A DNA stretch of 33,333 bases from Acidobacteriota bacterium (GCA_003133505.1 PKXT01000006.1:1-33333); one strand, 5' to 3'; positions 15,391 to 24,081 are shown, counted from the first letter of the stretch. The notes: generated by a model from the sequence alone, not told the origin. Made by a program: numbers and translations.

Positions 15391-18300
15391 CAGCGGCCAT
15401 TCCTTTTGAGTGCGATGGACGTGTCGCGGGCGTGGCTGGCAGCCGTTTGCGCTTCCGATCGGCGGAAGCTGTCGGCATCGCTGACGCCGTGATAGTGGTT
15501 GGTCTGGTTGACGGTTGTGCCGCCGCCCATTTTGAGCGAAGGGGAGACGCTGCCGCCGGACCGTCCAGCGAACAAGATCTCAGGATGATCCTCGCCCACC
15601 AGGTAAGCTTTGCCGGGAGTCATATCGCCGCCATCGGCAAGGCCTCCGCCAAATGCGGCGGAGATCGCGTCGGAGAATGAGCCGCCGGAATCGCCTCCAG
15701 CGCCAGACAATCCTGGAAGCTGGATGCCGCCCAGGCCTCCACCTGCCCCCGAAGCGCTGATCACATACATCGGATTGCCCTGGGTGCCGAGAGCCGAACT
15801 GGACGACGTACCGCCGCCGCCGGGCGCGCCAATTCCGAATTTGCCGAGCACTCCGCCGAGCAAGCCGCTGATTCCCGAAGAACCGCTACTGCCCCCAAGC
15901 CCTGGAATAAGGCTGCCGAGAATTCCCGTGGACGAAGTGCTGCCCGGAGTGGACAGCCCGGTAGAGTTCACCATGGACACGAACATAGGATTGCCGGCGC
16001 TAGAGCCGAGCTGGCCGGTCTTTACAGCCGAGCCAAAAAGCGCGGTGGTAAGCGAGCCCTCGGCGGATTGCAGACCGCTCTTGACGAGTGATTGCCCGAG
16101 CTGGGTGGCGATCTGACCGAAGTTAAACTTCTGGCCAGTGAGCATCTTGGCTATTTCGTCATTCACCCCATCGAGCGCAGTCTTGAAGGCCTGAGCAATG
16201 TTGGCGGCGGCGTTCTGCCCTTCGAGCTGAATTTCATTCAGCACCGCACGAACCTTGTCGCCGAAGGTGCCCACCTCGAGCGCGGCGCGGTCCCAGTCTT
16301 CGATCAGCGTGCGCTGGGAGTCGTGCAGCCGTGCTTCGTTGAGCAGCTCGGAATTGGCCATATCAAAATTGGCCTGCTGAATGGCGATGATGTTTTGAAT
16401 GTATTGCTGCGATTGCTGCGCGCGTGCGGTGGCCAGCTCGGCTTCCTTCGAAGCGATCAGCGCATCGGTGGATATCGTGGATTGCCCGGCGGCCAGCTCG
16501 GCCGATCGGAGCTTCGAGAGCACGTCGATTTCCGCCTGGATGGCGGGGACGCGGCTGAAGGACGCGACGGATTCCCCAGCGCCGGCGAGCTGTTGAGCAT
16601 CGCTTTCCTGCGTGACGCCTGCGCGGATTCCAGCGAGCTGATTCGGAGTGGCACCTTTGTGCGCGGGCTCGGCAGCCCACTCATTCACTTTCTGAGTGAT
16701 GGCAAGCTGACGGCGCGCGTCTCCTCCACGCACAAGGGCTAACGTATTGTCATTGAGCGCCTTGGTCTCGGCGGAGACTTTGTCTATCTCCTCGTTGAAG
16801 TCCTTGGTTAGCTTTCCTGCTTCGAGCTGCTTCTCGGCCGCGGCTGCCACGCCCATTTTCAAATTGAGCTGGTCCAGCTCATTGACCAGCGGAGCGAGCG
16901 CGGAGGAAGTAGCGCCGTAAAGCTTCAGCTTGGCAATCAGCTCGGTAAGATCGCCCGCTTCCTGCCGGTATTTCTCGAGGGGCGCGCCACCCTGCGCGGT
17001 CGCATACGCCGCGGGGCCCAGCCCATGGGCTTTGGCCAGCGCATCGAGTGCGGCGGTTTCCTGCTGGGTTTTGCGGATGAATTCGTCGAGGCCTTTGTTG
17101 TCTTCGAAGCCGGCCTTATACGCTTCCGTAAGAGTAATGAGATCGCGGATCTGCTGCTTTTGCGCTTCGGTGACCGAGCGGCCGCCATTTTTCGCGGAGA
17201 TCTGCAGGCGCGCGATTTCCTCGTTGGCTTTTTCAGCGGCAGTGGCCAGGATTATGCTGGCTGTCGTTCCACCCACGGCGCGAGCGAGCTCGGCTTCCGC
17301 GGCTGCTTCGTCCTTCAATCGCGCGATGGTTTCGGCAATCACATTGATGCGCGATTTCGCCGCGGACGTATCCGCGTCACCACCGCCGCGCGGCCGCTGG
17401 GGACCGGTAGTTCCTTGAAACGGAGGCCGTATTAAATCCGCCGCGAATTTGGCGCTATCAGATGCCGCGCCCTTCGCATCGGCATAATATTTTGTTGCTC
17501 CGCCGCTGGCTTGATCCCAGGATTTTTTCAGCCGGGCTACTCCATCGACGAGATCTCCGGCTGTTATTTCGGCGACACCAGTCATGGCATCGCCAACAGC
17601 AGCCAGCTCGCGCACTGTGACCTGAAATACGTCAATCAGTTCGCGGAATGTGAGCACCGTGAGATCGCCCATGAGCAGGGCGCCCTTTGCGATATTGCTC
17701 ATCCACGTAACGGCAGTTTCTGCCCATTGTTGGAATTCAGTGCTTTGGGATAACCGGGTCACCATGCTGGCGATGGCCTGGAGGCTCGGCAACAAGGCTC
17801 GCAAAAGATTGAGCGAGAGGCCTTCGCCGGCAGCCGTAATCTCATTGAGTGACTGCTCGAATTTGTCGGCCGCTTCGGCGGTCTGCGTACTGAGCACGAT
17901 GCCCAGCTTTTGCGCGGTGGCCATGTACTGGTCGATTCCCGCGCGCCCCTGGTTAAGAATCGGTATAACGTCAGCTCCGCTTTTCCCGAATAGCTGGATG
18001 GCAAGAGCCCCCTTGGCGGGACCATCGGCCATGGCCGCGAATTTATCGGCAATGCTTTTGAAAATCTCCTGGGTAGGCAGGAGCGCGCCATTGGCGTCGC
18101 GCACGGCAATGGTCAGGCGCGTGTAGGCGTTAGTCGCGCCGTGCGGCGCAGTGGCGGCCGCAAAGGCGGAACGGTTCATCCGCTCGAGCGAAGTATTCAT
18201 CGCCTCGGCCGACACGCCGGATTGCTTGGCGACAAATGCGAACCCGCTGAGGGTTTCCACGCTAACGCCGGTCGATTGCGAAAGCGCATACATTTTCGCC

Positions 18301-18698
18301 GCGGATTCAGCAGTGTGCAGCGCCAGGGTGATAATTCCCGCGCCGGCGGCCACTCCTGCGATTCCAATTCCAATAACGCCCTTTCCCGCGAGGCCCAGCA
18401 CAGCTCCGAATTTTCCGAAGCTGCCCTGCGCTTTTTCGAGCGCCTTGGGCAGCGCAGCCACCGCGCCGATCGCCGTTCCCATGCTCTTCGCGGCCAGCGT
18501 GGCGAAGACGCCGAATTGCGCACCAAGGGCGTTTAGCGGCGCGAGCGCAACTGTCTCGAGAGCGCCGAGCTTGGTAAACGAATCGCTGATCTCCCGGCCA
18601 GCGCGTGTTGCAGCGCTTCCGGCCTGCTTCATCCCGGCCAGAAACTCGGCCTGATTCAGCAGGAGATCAACTCTTAGGGAACCTACAGCGTCAGCCAT
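15390..18698 (-). CDS. Tail tape measure protein (1102 aa)
   Basis: Size, position after the chaperone genes, a long Ala/Gln/Glu-rich helical body, a Gly-rich C-terminus and the motif GKAYLVGEDHPEILF typical of lambda-like tape-measure C-termini. Confidence 0.95.
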   Translation of the reverse strand: MADAVGSLRVDLLLNQAEFLAGMKQAGSAATRAGREISDSFTKLGALETVALAPLNALGAQFGVFATLAAKSMGTAIGAVAALPKALEKAQGSFGKFGAVLGLAGKGVIGIGIAGVAAGAGIITLALHTAESAAKMYALSQSTGVSVETLSGFAFVAKQSGVSAEAMNTSLERMNRSAFAAATAPHGATNAYTRLTIAVRDANGALLPTQEIFKSIADKFAAMADGPAKGALAIQLFGKSGADVIPILNQGRAGIDQYMATAQKLGIVLSTQTAEAADKFEQSLNEITAAGEGLSLNLLRALLPSLQAIASMVTRLSQSTEFQQWAETAVTWMSNIAKGALLMGDLTVLTFRELIDVFQVTVRELAAVGDAMTGVAEITAGDLVDGVARLKKSWDQASGGATKYYADAKGAASDSAKFAADLIRPPFQGTTGPQRPRGGGDADTSAAKSRINVIAETIARLKDEAAAEAELARAVGGTTASIILATAAEKANEEIARLQISAKNGGRSVTEAQKQQIRDLITLTEAYKAGFEDNKGLDEFIRKTQQETAALDALAKAHGLGPAAYATAQGGAPLEKYRQEAGDLTELIAKLKLYGATSSALAPLVNELDQLNLKMGVAAAAEKQLEAGKLTKDFNEEIDKVSAETKALNDNTLALVRGGDARRQLAITQKVNEWAAEPAHKGATPNQLAGIRAGVTQESDAQQLAGAGESVASFSRVPAIQAEIDVLSKLRSAELAAGQSTISTDALIASKEAELATARAQQSQQYIQNIIAIQQANFDMANSELLNEARLHDSQRTLIEDWDRAALEVGTFGDKVRAVLNEIQLEGQNAAANIAQAFKTALDGVNDEIAKMLTGQKFNFGQIATQLGQSLVKSGLQSAEGSLTTALFGSAVKTGQLGSSAGNPMFVSMVNSTGLSTPGSTSSTGILGSLIPGLGGSSGSSGISGLLGGVLGKFGIGAPGGGGTSSSSALGTQGNPMYVISASGAGGGLGGIQLPGLSGAGGDSGGSFSDAISAAFGGGLADGGDMTPGKAYLVGEDHPEILFAGRSGGSVSPSLKMGGGTTVNQTNHYHGVSDADSFRRSEAQTAASHARDTSIALKRNGR

Positions 18699-18701
18699 GG
18701 T

Positions 18702-18917
18702 TTAGAGATCCAATTCGCGGGGCGGTTTGGACGTGCCGGCGGCGAATTTCTGGTAGGTGGTAAGCCCGGTATGGAACGAGGCGAGCAGCAGCTCTTCGTG
18801 AGTGGGCGGCTCGGGTTTGGGCGGAGGCGGCAACTTGGCCCAGGACGCGCGAAGGCGCAGCCATTCGGAGAGTTTGAAGTTAGGCGGACAGATGACGGCG
18901 AGATTATTAATTTTCAT
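18702..18917 (-). CDS. Small hypothetical protein between chaperone and tape measure
   Basis: 71-aa ORF with an ATG that overlaps the end of the frameshift extension. Contains a Pro-rich centre. Confidence 0.5.
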   Translation of the reverse strand: MKINNLAVICPPNFKLSEWLRLRASWAKLPPPPKPEPPTHEELLLASFHTGLTTYQKFAAGTSKPPRELDL

Positions 18918-19715
18918 TGACGATGGGCGGACCTGAGCCGAAGACGGCGCGGAAGGCGGCGACAGCCTCTTCTTCGGTTTGGACTTTTACGGGCAGCGCG
19001 AATTCAGGAAAAATGTCACCGGGTGAAACGGGAGATGACTTCTCGCCACGAAACGGATTGGCGTTGTAGATGGTGGAGGCGATAACCGCGGTATTGAACC
19101 GCGCTGTTTTGCGCCCAGCCTCGGCACGCTCGAGCAGAGCCTCAAATTCGCCGGAGGTTAGCCGCCAGAACTCCCGGTCGCTAAGTCCTAGGTCGTAGCG
19201 GGCAACGGCCCAGAGGTCCCGCCAGGTGGGTTGCTGGCCAGCTCCGGCGCCGGTGGCGCCGCCTGGCCGCCGAAAGGGTCGCGCGTGGGATCCTCATCGG
19301 CCAGCGTTTCCTTTCCCTTGGCGCGGATTTCGCTCATGAGCTTGCGGCGCTCCGGAGAGAGCGAAGCGAGGTGCGCATCCCACAGGGCTTCGTAAACCTG
19401 TTTGGCGTTTTCGTCGGTAACGTAGGAGCGGATGACTTCGAGCCCTTCGTCACTGTCATATTCGGGGTTGTGCGCGAGCGCGGCGGCCCAAAGCAGCGCG
19501 GAAAGACGCCTGGCGTCCATTCCCGCCCAGATTTCAAGCGGTCCCTGGGCGAGCGTATTGACGCCGGATTTTTCCTCGAAACGCACCATGGAGCCGTTCT
19601 CGAGGCAGAGCTTGAACTCAGCGGTGAATTCGCCCTCGGCATCGTGAAGATCGAGCTTCAGGGGAATAGACGGAGTAATCGAGCGGCGCAGCGCGGGGCG
19701 CTTATCTTTCGGCAT
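18907..19715 (-). CDS. Tail assembly chaperone frameshift product (gpGT-like, -1 programmed frameshift near 19272..19278)
   Basis: The -1 frame is open from about 19296 to the TAA at 18907..18909 and has no start codon of its own. It encodes ...RYDLGLSDREFWRLTSGEFEALLERAE..., which resembles the small g10.1-type ORF of GTA-like clusters. Confidence 0.65.
19188..19715 (-). CDS. Tail assembly chaperone (gpG-like, zero-frame product)
   Basis: Position between tail tube and tape measure, SD GGAG upstream, an acidic/Pro-rich C-terminus and an associated -1 frame extension. Confidence 0.75.
   Translation of the reverse strand: MPKDKRPALRRSITPSIPLKLDLHDAEGEFTAEFKLCLENGSMVRFEEKSGVNTLAQGPLEIWAGMDARRLSALLWAAALAHNPEYDSDEGLEVIRSYVTDENAKQVYEALWDAHLASLSPERRKLMSEIRAKGKETLADEDPTRDPFGGQAAPPAPELASNPPGGTSGPLPATT
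19272..19278 (-). promoter_or_regulatory. Candidate -1 slippery heptamer C_CCT_TTC
   Basis: The zero-frame codons gaC CCT TTC (RDPF) fit the X_XXY_YYZ pattern. The site lies downstream of the last -1 frame stop and upstream of the G stop codon. Confidence 0.5.
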
Positions 19716-19740
19716 TGGTTATCTCCTTGGGGAGAAGCTA

Positions 19741-19845
19741 GGGCTGGCACGTCGCGGAATGCGCACCAGCCCTTCGGCAGCGCCGCTCCTAACGGGGGAG
19801 GAAGAGAGCGGCTACAACGACGTCAGGCCCGAATGGTACCATTCG
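19741..19845 (-). promoter_or_regulatory. Structured 150-nt spacer containing a hairpin (19741..19772) and a perfect 16-nt palindrome CGAATGGTACCATTCG (19830..19845)
   Basis: Read directly from the sequence. It lies between the 19866..20297 stop and the chaperone start. Confidence 0.5.
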
Positions 19846-19865
19846 CGCCCACTGGTTGAAAAACG

Positions 19866-20297
19866 TTATTTCTGCTTTCGTTTCGTGACTTTGAGCTGAG
19901 AGCCCATCTCTTTCGTATCGAGAGCGGCGTAGAACCGTTCCCGTGCGATAGTGCCCGATTTGCCAGGCAATAGCGAGACGAATTTATGCGCACCTCGGCA
20001 CACCACGAACTTATCCACGCGGCTGAACAGTTGCTCGAAGATCTTTGGCGGACAGGCTTTCGCGAGCGCCAGAGCTCCGGCTGTATCCACGTGGGTTTCC
20101 GTGCGTGTCGAAAGGCGCAGATCGTACCCGGCACCTTCGAGGAGCATGGTCTTTTCGGCGTTGTGCGGAGTTTTGCCCACCGCGCGGACCAGGTCGCTCA
20201 GCTCCGTGCGGAGCCGGGCGACCTCTTTCTGCGCGGCGAGATACTCCGTGGCCTTCGCGTCAATATTGGCGGCGGATGGTGAATGCTGTTTTTTCAT
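19866..20297 (-). CDS. Hypothetical protein inserted between tail tube and chaperone (cargo-like)
   Basis: 143-aa ORF with an N-terminal coiled-coil-like segment (ATEYLAAQKEVARLRTELSDLV) and a basic C-terminus (KVTKRKQK). There is no counterpart at this position in the canonical gene order. Confidence 0.65.
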   Translation of the reverse strand: MKKQHSPSAANIDAKATEYLAAQKEVARLRTELSDLVRAVGKTPHNAEKTMLLEGAGYDLRLSTRTETHVDTAGALALAKACPPKIFEQLFSRVDKFVVCRGAHKFVSLLPGKSGTIARERFYAALDTKEMGSQLKVTKRKQK

Positions 20298-20300
20298 GGT

Positions 20301-20744
20301 TTACGGCGTGGAAGTCCAGACAAACGGGCCGGTGATCTTGATCGAGGCGGTAAACTTCACGATCTTGTCCACCGGGATATCGGGTTCGAACGAAGTGACG
20401 TAGCCCGTGAAGTCGTATCCGCCGTTCGGGCCGCTGGCGAAAACGAGCTTGAAATTGTTCAACTGGCCGGTTTGCAACGCGGCCTGAAGAGCCAGTTGCC
20501 CGGTCGCCGTGGGGAGGAAGTTGCCGTCGAGTTTTATCTCGCCGTTATCCAGCATCGTCGAAATGAATTCCTTGTTGATGCCGGATTCGAAATTGCTCGC
20601 GTCGTCGGTATCCAGCTTATTTCCCGAGGGGGAGCACTTGTTCACTTCCTCGATGGGAATGTAAGCCGTGGGACTGGGAAAGACGTTGCCGATTTCAATC
20701 TGTGTTCCGCGGCCGCTGAAAGCTTGTGTGCCTGTGTAAGTCAT
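20301..20744 (-). CDS. Major tail (tube) protein
   Basis: 147 aa, SD AGGAGG upstream, positioned after the tail terminator genes. Beta-rich sequence of the Phage_tail_2 / TP901-1-like type (LDGNFLPTATGQLALQAALQTGQ...FTGYVTSFEP). Confidence 0.75.
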   Translation of the reverse strand: MTYTGTQAFSGRGTQIEIGNVFPSPTAYIPIEEVNKCSPSGNKLDTDDASNFESGINKEFISTMLDNGEIKLDGNFLPTATGQLALQAALQTGQLNNFKLVFASGPNGGYDFTGYVTSFEPDIPVDKIVKFTASIKITGPFVWTSTP

Positions 20745-20804
20745 TGGTGCCTCCTGGAAGATGGGGAATGGAAGATTCGCGCGGCTGCCTGGCGCGTCAG
20801 GGGA

Positions 20805-21068
20805 TTACAGTTTTGCGGGGGCGACGGACGCGGCGGGCGAGCTGACGGTTTCGAGCACGCCGTACCAGACAGCGAGAGATTTTTGTTTGCCCTTCAGATC
20901 CACTTCGCCCGGAAAAGCCACGCGGACGCAACGGCCGTCGGAGCAAATGCCGGTCACTTGTCCCTCGCGCGAATCGAGCTTGGGAAGCACGTCGGGATCG
21001 GTCAGCCGGACCTTGTCGCCAGCCTTGAACGTGCCCGCGGGCATTTTTTGTGCTTTTTCATTAGCCAT
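20805..21068 (-). CDS. Small hypothetical protein (87 aa)
   Basis: ATG-initiated ORF in the operon frame, lying between the DUF3168-like and tube genes. Confidence 0.55.
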   Translation of the reverse strand: MANEKAQKMPAGTFKAGDKVRLTDPDVLPKLDSREGQVTGICSDGRCVRVAFPGEVDLKGKQKSLAVWYGVLETVSSPAASVAPAKL

Positions 21069-21086
21069 GTTTTTCTCCTGGAAAAA

Positions 21087-21530
21087 TTAACTTCCGATAT
21101 CGGTGAAGAGAATCATCACGTCCACCGTCGTGCGGTACTGAAACGGGCCGTCCTCGAACAAGTCCTGCTCGCTGGCCAGGGTAATTTCGTTAACGATTGT
21201 GCCGTCACTAAGGGTCTGTGAAAGGCCCAGCAGCAGGGACTTCACCGCGCGAGCCAGCGTCTTGGCGGATTTGGCGGAAACCGCATAGCAGGAAAATTCG
21301 AAGCGGCCACGCTGCAGCGGGTCTTCGCCCTCAAACACCGGATTGCCGGTGCCGGAGATCTGCGAATAGACGATGTAGGGCGCGAGCGTTCCTTCCGGCG
21401 CTGAAACAAAGAAGATGCCGCTGTCGTTGACCGTGCCGTTGCTCGTGGTTTTGCGCGTTGCCGGCGTGCCGATAAGCGTGGTGATCGCCGCGGAGGTCGA
21501 GAGCAGATTGTAAAGGCCGTCAGTCAGCAT
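21087..21530 (-). CDS. DUF3168-like tail completion / terminator protein
   Basis: Size, position and the pattern LYNLLSTSAAITTLIG...IFFVSAPEGTLAPYIVYSQIS...RGRFEFSCYA. Confidence 0.7.
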   Translation of the reverse strand: MLTDGLYNLLSTSAAITTLIGTPATRKTTSNGTVNDSGIFFVSAPEGTLAPYIVYSQISGTGNPVFEGEDPLQRGRFEFSCYAVSAKSAKTLARAVKSLLLGLSQTLSDGTIVNEITLASEQDLFEDGPFQYRTTVDVMILFTDIGS

Positions 21531-21534
21531 CGGT

Positions 21535-22080
21535 TTATTCGAGAGGAATGCCGGAATCTATGAGCGATTGGCGGATGCCAAGGCGGAGCTTCTCCAGAAC
21601 CTCGCCCTCCGTTTCGTCGAATGCCGGCCGGACAAAAGGAAAAGCGGGCATCCGGTCGCCACTCTGGTAACGCTGATAAATCTTGCGGGCCAGGCCGTGA
21701 AGGTTTCGGCCGTGGGTTTCATTTCCCCGCACGCGCGGGCCGGTGCCGAATTCGAGCCATTTGGCCCAAAATGCTTTTTTGGACGGCCCCACGCTCATCG
21801 TCGCGGAGACATCGCTCTTCGTGCGGATCACAATCGCGATGTTCTCGGCAATGAAGCCGGCGGGTTCCGGATCGTCGTTGGCTACGGATTTTCCGTTCTT
21901 GCCGCCGTGGTGAGCGCCGCGGCGCACGAGCGCGGCGATGGCATTGCGCCAGACTTCCCCCACTTGGTGAAGGACGTCCCGAACGATGTGACGCGCCGCT
22001 TTGAGAGGCAATTCTTCGAGCTTGTGCTCGAACTCGGCAAAGCCGGTCAGCTTCACCTTGATATCGAAGGCGCCAGGCAT
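21535..22080 (-). CDS. HK97 gp10-family head-tail protein
   Basis: The motif WLEFGTGP...MPAFPFVRPAFDE is typical of the HK97 gp10 family. Confidence 0.8.
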   Translation of the reverse strand: MPGAFDIKVKLTGFAEFEHKLEELPLKAARHIVRDVLHQVGEVWRNAIAALVRRGAHHGGKNGKSVANDDPEPAGFIAENIAIVIRTKSDVSATMSVGPSKKAFWAKWLEFGTGPRVRGNETHGRNLHGLARKIYQRYQSGDRMPAFPFVRPAFDETEGEVLEKLRLGIRQSLIDSGIPLE

Positions 22081-22448
22081 TACCAGGTATTTGCGGAATC
22101 GTTTCGCTCGACGCAGATCAGGCGGAGGACGTGGGCGACTTCATCGGGGTTTAATTTTACTTCGATCTGAAAAGTTCGCGTGTTGCCTTCGGCGTCGTTG
22201 AACCAGACCAGATCCTTGGCGAGCACTCCTGGCATCCAGCGAATGGTAACTAGGTGAGTGGCCTCAGATACCTGCTGCTGCGCGTTATAGAGGTCCTTGC
22301 CGGTGAGCGTGACGATCTCGGCGTAAACGCTGGCATATTTGCTGGCGTCGTTCTTGGACCACCCGCCGGAGCTGTCCTGAGTGGTATTCGGATGGGCAAG
22401 CTCCACCGGGTGGCGCAATTTTCCAGCAGCTATTCGTGGCGATGGCAT
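22080..22448 (-). CDS. Head-tail adaptor (head closure, SPP1 gp16-like)
   Basis: AGKLRHPVEL...QDSSGGW...VYAEIVTLTGKDLYNAQQQVSEATHLVTIRW matches the head-tail joining family pattern. Confidence 0.8.
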   Translation of the reverse strand: MPSPRIAAGKLRHPVELAHPNTTQDSSGGWSKNDASKYASVYAEIVTLTGKDLYNAQQQVSEATHLVTIRWMPGVLAKDLVWFNDAEGNTRTFQIEVKLNPDEVAHVLRLICVERNDSANTW

Positions 22449-22473
22449 GGGGGGAAAAGACCGCTAATTGTTT

Positions 22474-22935
22474 TTAGCGGAGGACGTAGTAAACGGTGAA
22501 AAGGATCAGGGCGTTGGAACCCTGAAAATGGACTGTGCCGTCCGACTGCTTCCAACCCGTCACTCCGCCGAGGAAGCTAAAGCACGCGGTGGTATTGAGG
22601 GCTATGGAATAGGCGGTAATGTCCGACGTGCGGCCGTATTGGTCGGCGACCGAATTGATTGTGATGGTATAGGCGGTGGATCCGCTGGAATTCGTCGCGC
22701 AGAGCACTTCGTGGCCCGATAGCACGGTGGAATTGCCATTGGTGGTGTCCGCGGCGGTTGAGCTGATGGTCAGCGCGCCAGAGCCCACTGCAGTGGGATA
22801 CGGGCCGACGGGAGTTTGCGCGTTGATGTTGGTGGGCGATGTGGCGAATGCCGGCATGGCCGGCGCCAGCAACAGCGCGAGAGCGAGTGCGAAATATCCA
22901 GCGACGTGCAGCAGCTTACGGAATTTCTTGGTCAT
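22474..22935 (-). CDS. Secreted beta-sandwich protein embedded in the head-tail joining genes
   Basis: Signal MTKKFRKLLHVAGYFALALALLLAPAMPAFA. The body shares TAADT-NGN, LSGHE-L, FSFLGG and GW-Q-DG motifs with the C-domain of 5203..6618. Confidence 0.75.
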   Translation of the reverse strand: MTKKFRKLLHVAGYFALALALLLAPAMPAFATSPTNINAQTPVGPYPTAVGSGALTISSTAADTTNGNSTVLSGHEVLCATNSSGSTAYTITINSVADQYGRTSDITAYSIALNTTACFSFLGGVTGWKQSDGTVHFQGSNALILFTVYYVLR

Positions 22936-22950
22936 TGTTTCTCCTTAAAT

Positions 22951-23865
22951 TTACCGGGTGGGGTTGTAATCGCGAACGCGATTAAGAGCAATGAGGCGCT
23001 CGATGTGATTGGGGATCACGTAAAGATTCACATCGGTGAGCGTCTCTCGGTTTTCGTACATGTCGGCGACGATGGCCATCAGCGCGACCTTTAATTGCGC
23101 AGGAGCGGTTGCCGCGTCGCTGCCGTAGCCCGCGGTGAAATAGATCTGCACTGCGTCGGGAACGCGCAACGTAGCCGGCCAGACCTGGCCATAGAGCGGA
23201 GTAAGCCGCGGCGGCTCGGCATCCATGCTGACAATGAAATCGCCGAGCTGAGGCGAGGGAAGCACGTTGGACGCCGGCGCGGCACTCTGATACGTCCAGG
23301 TGAGCTGATTATCGACCGTCGTTCCGCTGAGATTCCACGCCGGTGCGGTGGATCCGCTGACAGAGACTCCGATGTTTCCGGCTTCGGAGACGGCTGTAAC
23401 CTGCTGGAGATTGCCGTTGGAATCCACCACCTGGTTGCCGATGACATAGGCTTTGTTGGCCTGCCAGGGGAAAGGCGTGGGATTCAGGGTGTAAGTGTTT
23501 CCGTCCGTCCCGATGTAGCTGATATAGGCGACGTTGACGACGGGCGAGCGCAGCAGCTTGATTTGGTGATGCTCAAGATGGTGGTCGCGCGAGTAGCGCG
23601 GCGCGGCGGAATAGTAAATTCCGGATCCGGCCCAGCCGCTGCCTTCGTGGAGGTGAGGGAAGCTATCGTGCGACTGGCGATATAGCTTGTTGACCAGGCT
23701 CCGGCCGGAATCGCTTTCCACGCCCTCGCGCGCCGCCGGTATATAGGTTCCGCTGATCAGAGCGTCCTGGCTGATATCGCCTGAAGAAATACGGGCGTGC
23801 AGCTTGACGGTGGCCAGTGAGACAGGCTCGGCGATGGGCGGCGTGATGATGGCGAGAGTGGACAT
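22951..23865 (-). CDS. Head-tail connector (gp6 / phiE125 gp8-like), 304 aa, carrying an internal inserted domain
   Basis: N-terminus EPVSLATVKLHARISSGDISQDALISGTYIPAAREGVESDSGRSLV and C-terminus ALMAIVADMYENRE are the connector hallmarks. The insertion is at about 23281..23475. Confidence 0.75.
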   Translation of the reverse strand: MSTLAIITPPIAEPVSLATVKLHARISSGDISQDALISGTYIPAAREGVESDSGRSLVNKLYRQSHDSFPHLHEGSGWAGSGIYYSAAPRYSRDHHLEHHQIKLLRSPVVNVAYISYIGTDGNTYTLNPTPFPWQANKAYVIGNQVVDSNGNLQQVTAVSEAGNIGVSVSGSTAPAWNLSGTTVDNQLTWTYQSAAPASNVLPSPQLGDFIVSMDAEPPRLTPLYGQVWPATLRVPDAVQIYFTAGYGSDAATAPAQLKVALMAIVADMYENRETLTDVNLYVIPNHIERLIALNRVRDYNPTR

Positions 23866-24081
23866 TTAGTTGGTCAGAGATTTTCGACTTCGTGTTTTCT
23901 GCTTTTTGCCGTGAGCTGCAGGAGCTGCAGGGACAGCGGCTGGCGGCTGGATGATATCGACGGCCTTGGTTTCATAATTAACACGCACCGCGCGGCCGTT
24001 GGCGATCAGATCCTGCGCGACGGGGAACGGAAATTCCTGAATCTCGCCGGCATAACGGCCGGTGAGGATTTTTAAGTACAT
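23866..24081 (-). CDS. Small hypothetical protein (71 aa)
   Basis: ATG-initiated ORF that abuts the connector start. The C-terminus is basic. Confidence 0.55.
   Translation of the reverse strand: MYLKILTGRYAGEIQEFPFPVAQDLIANGRAVRVNYETKAVDIIQPPAAVPAAPAAHGKKQKTRSRKSLTN

Noticed and set aside
19311-19317. Lambda-type slippery heptamer G_GGA_AAG in the correct phase within the chaperone gene.
   Set aside because: The -1 frame entered here reaches a TGA after six codons (GKGNAGR-stop), so it cannot produce the long extension. The downstream C_CCT_TTC site can.
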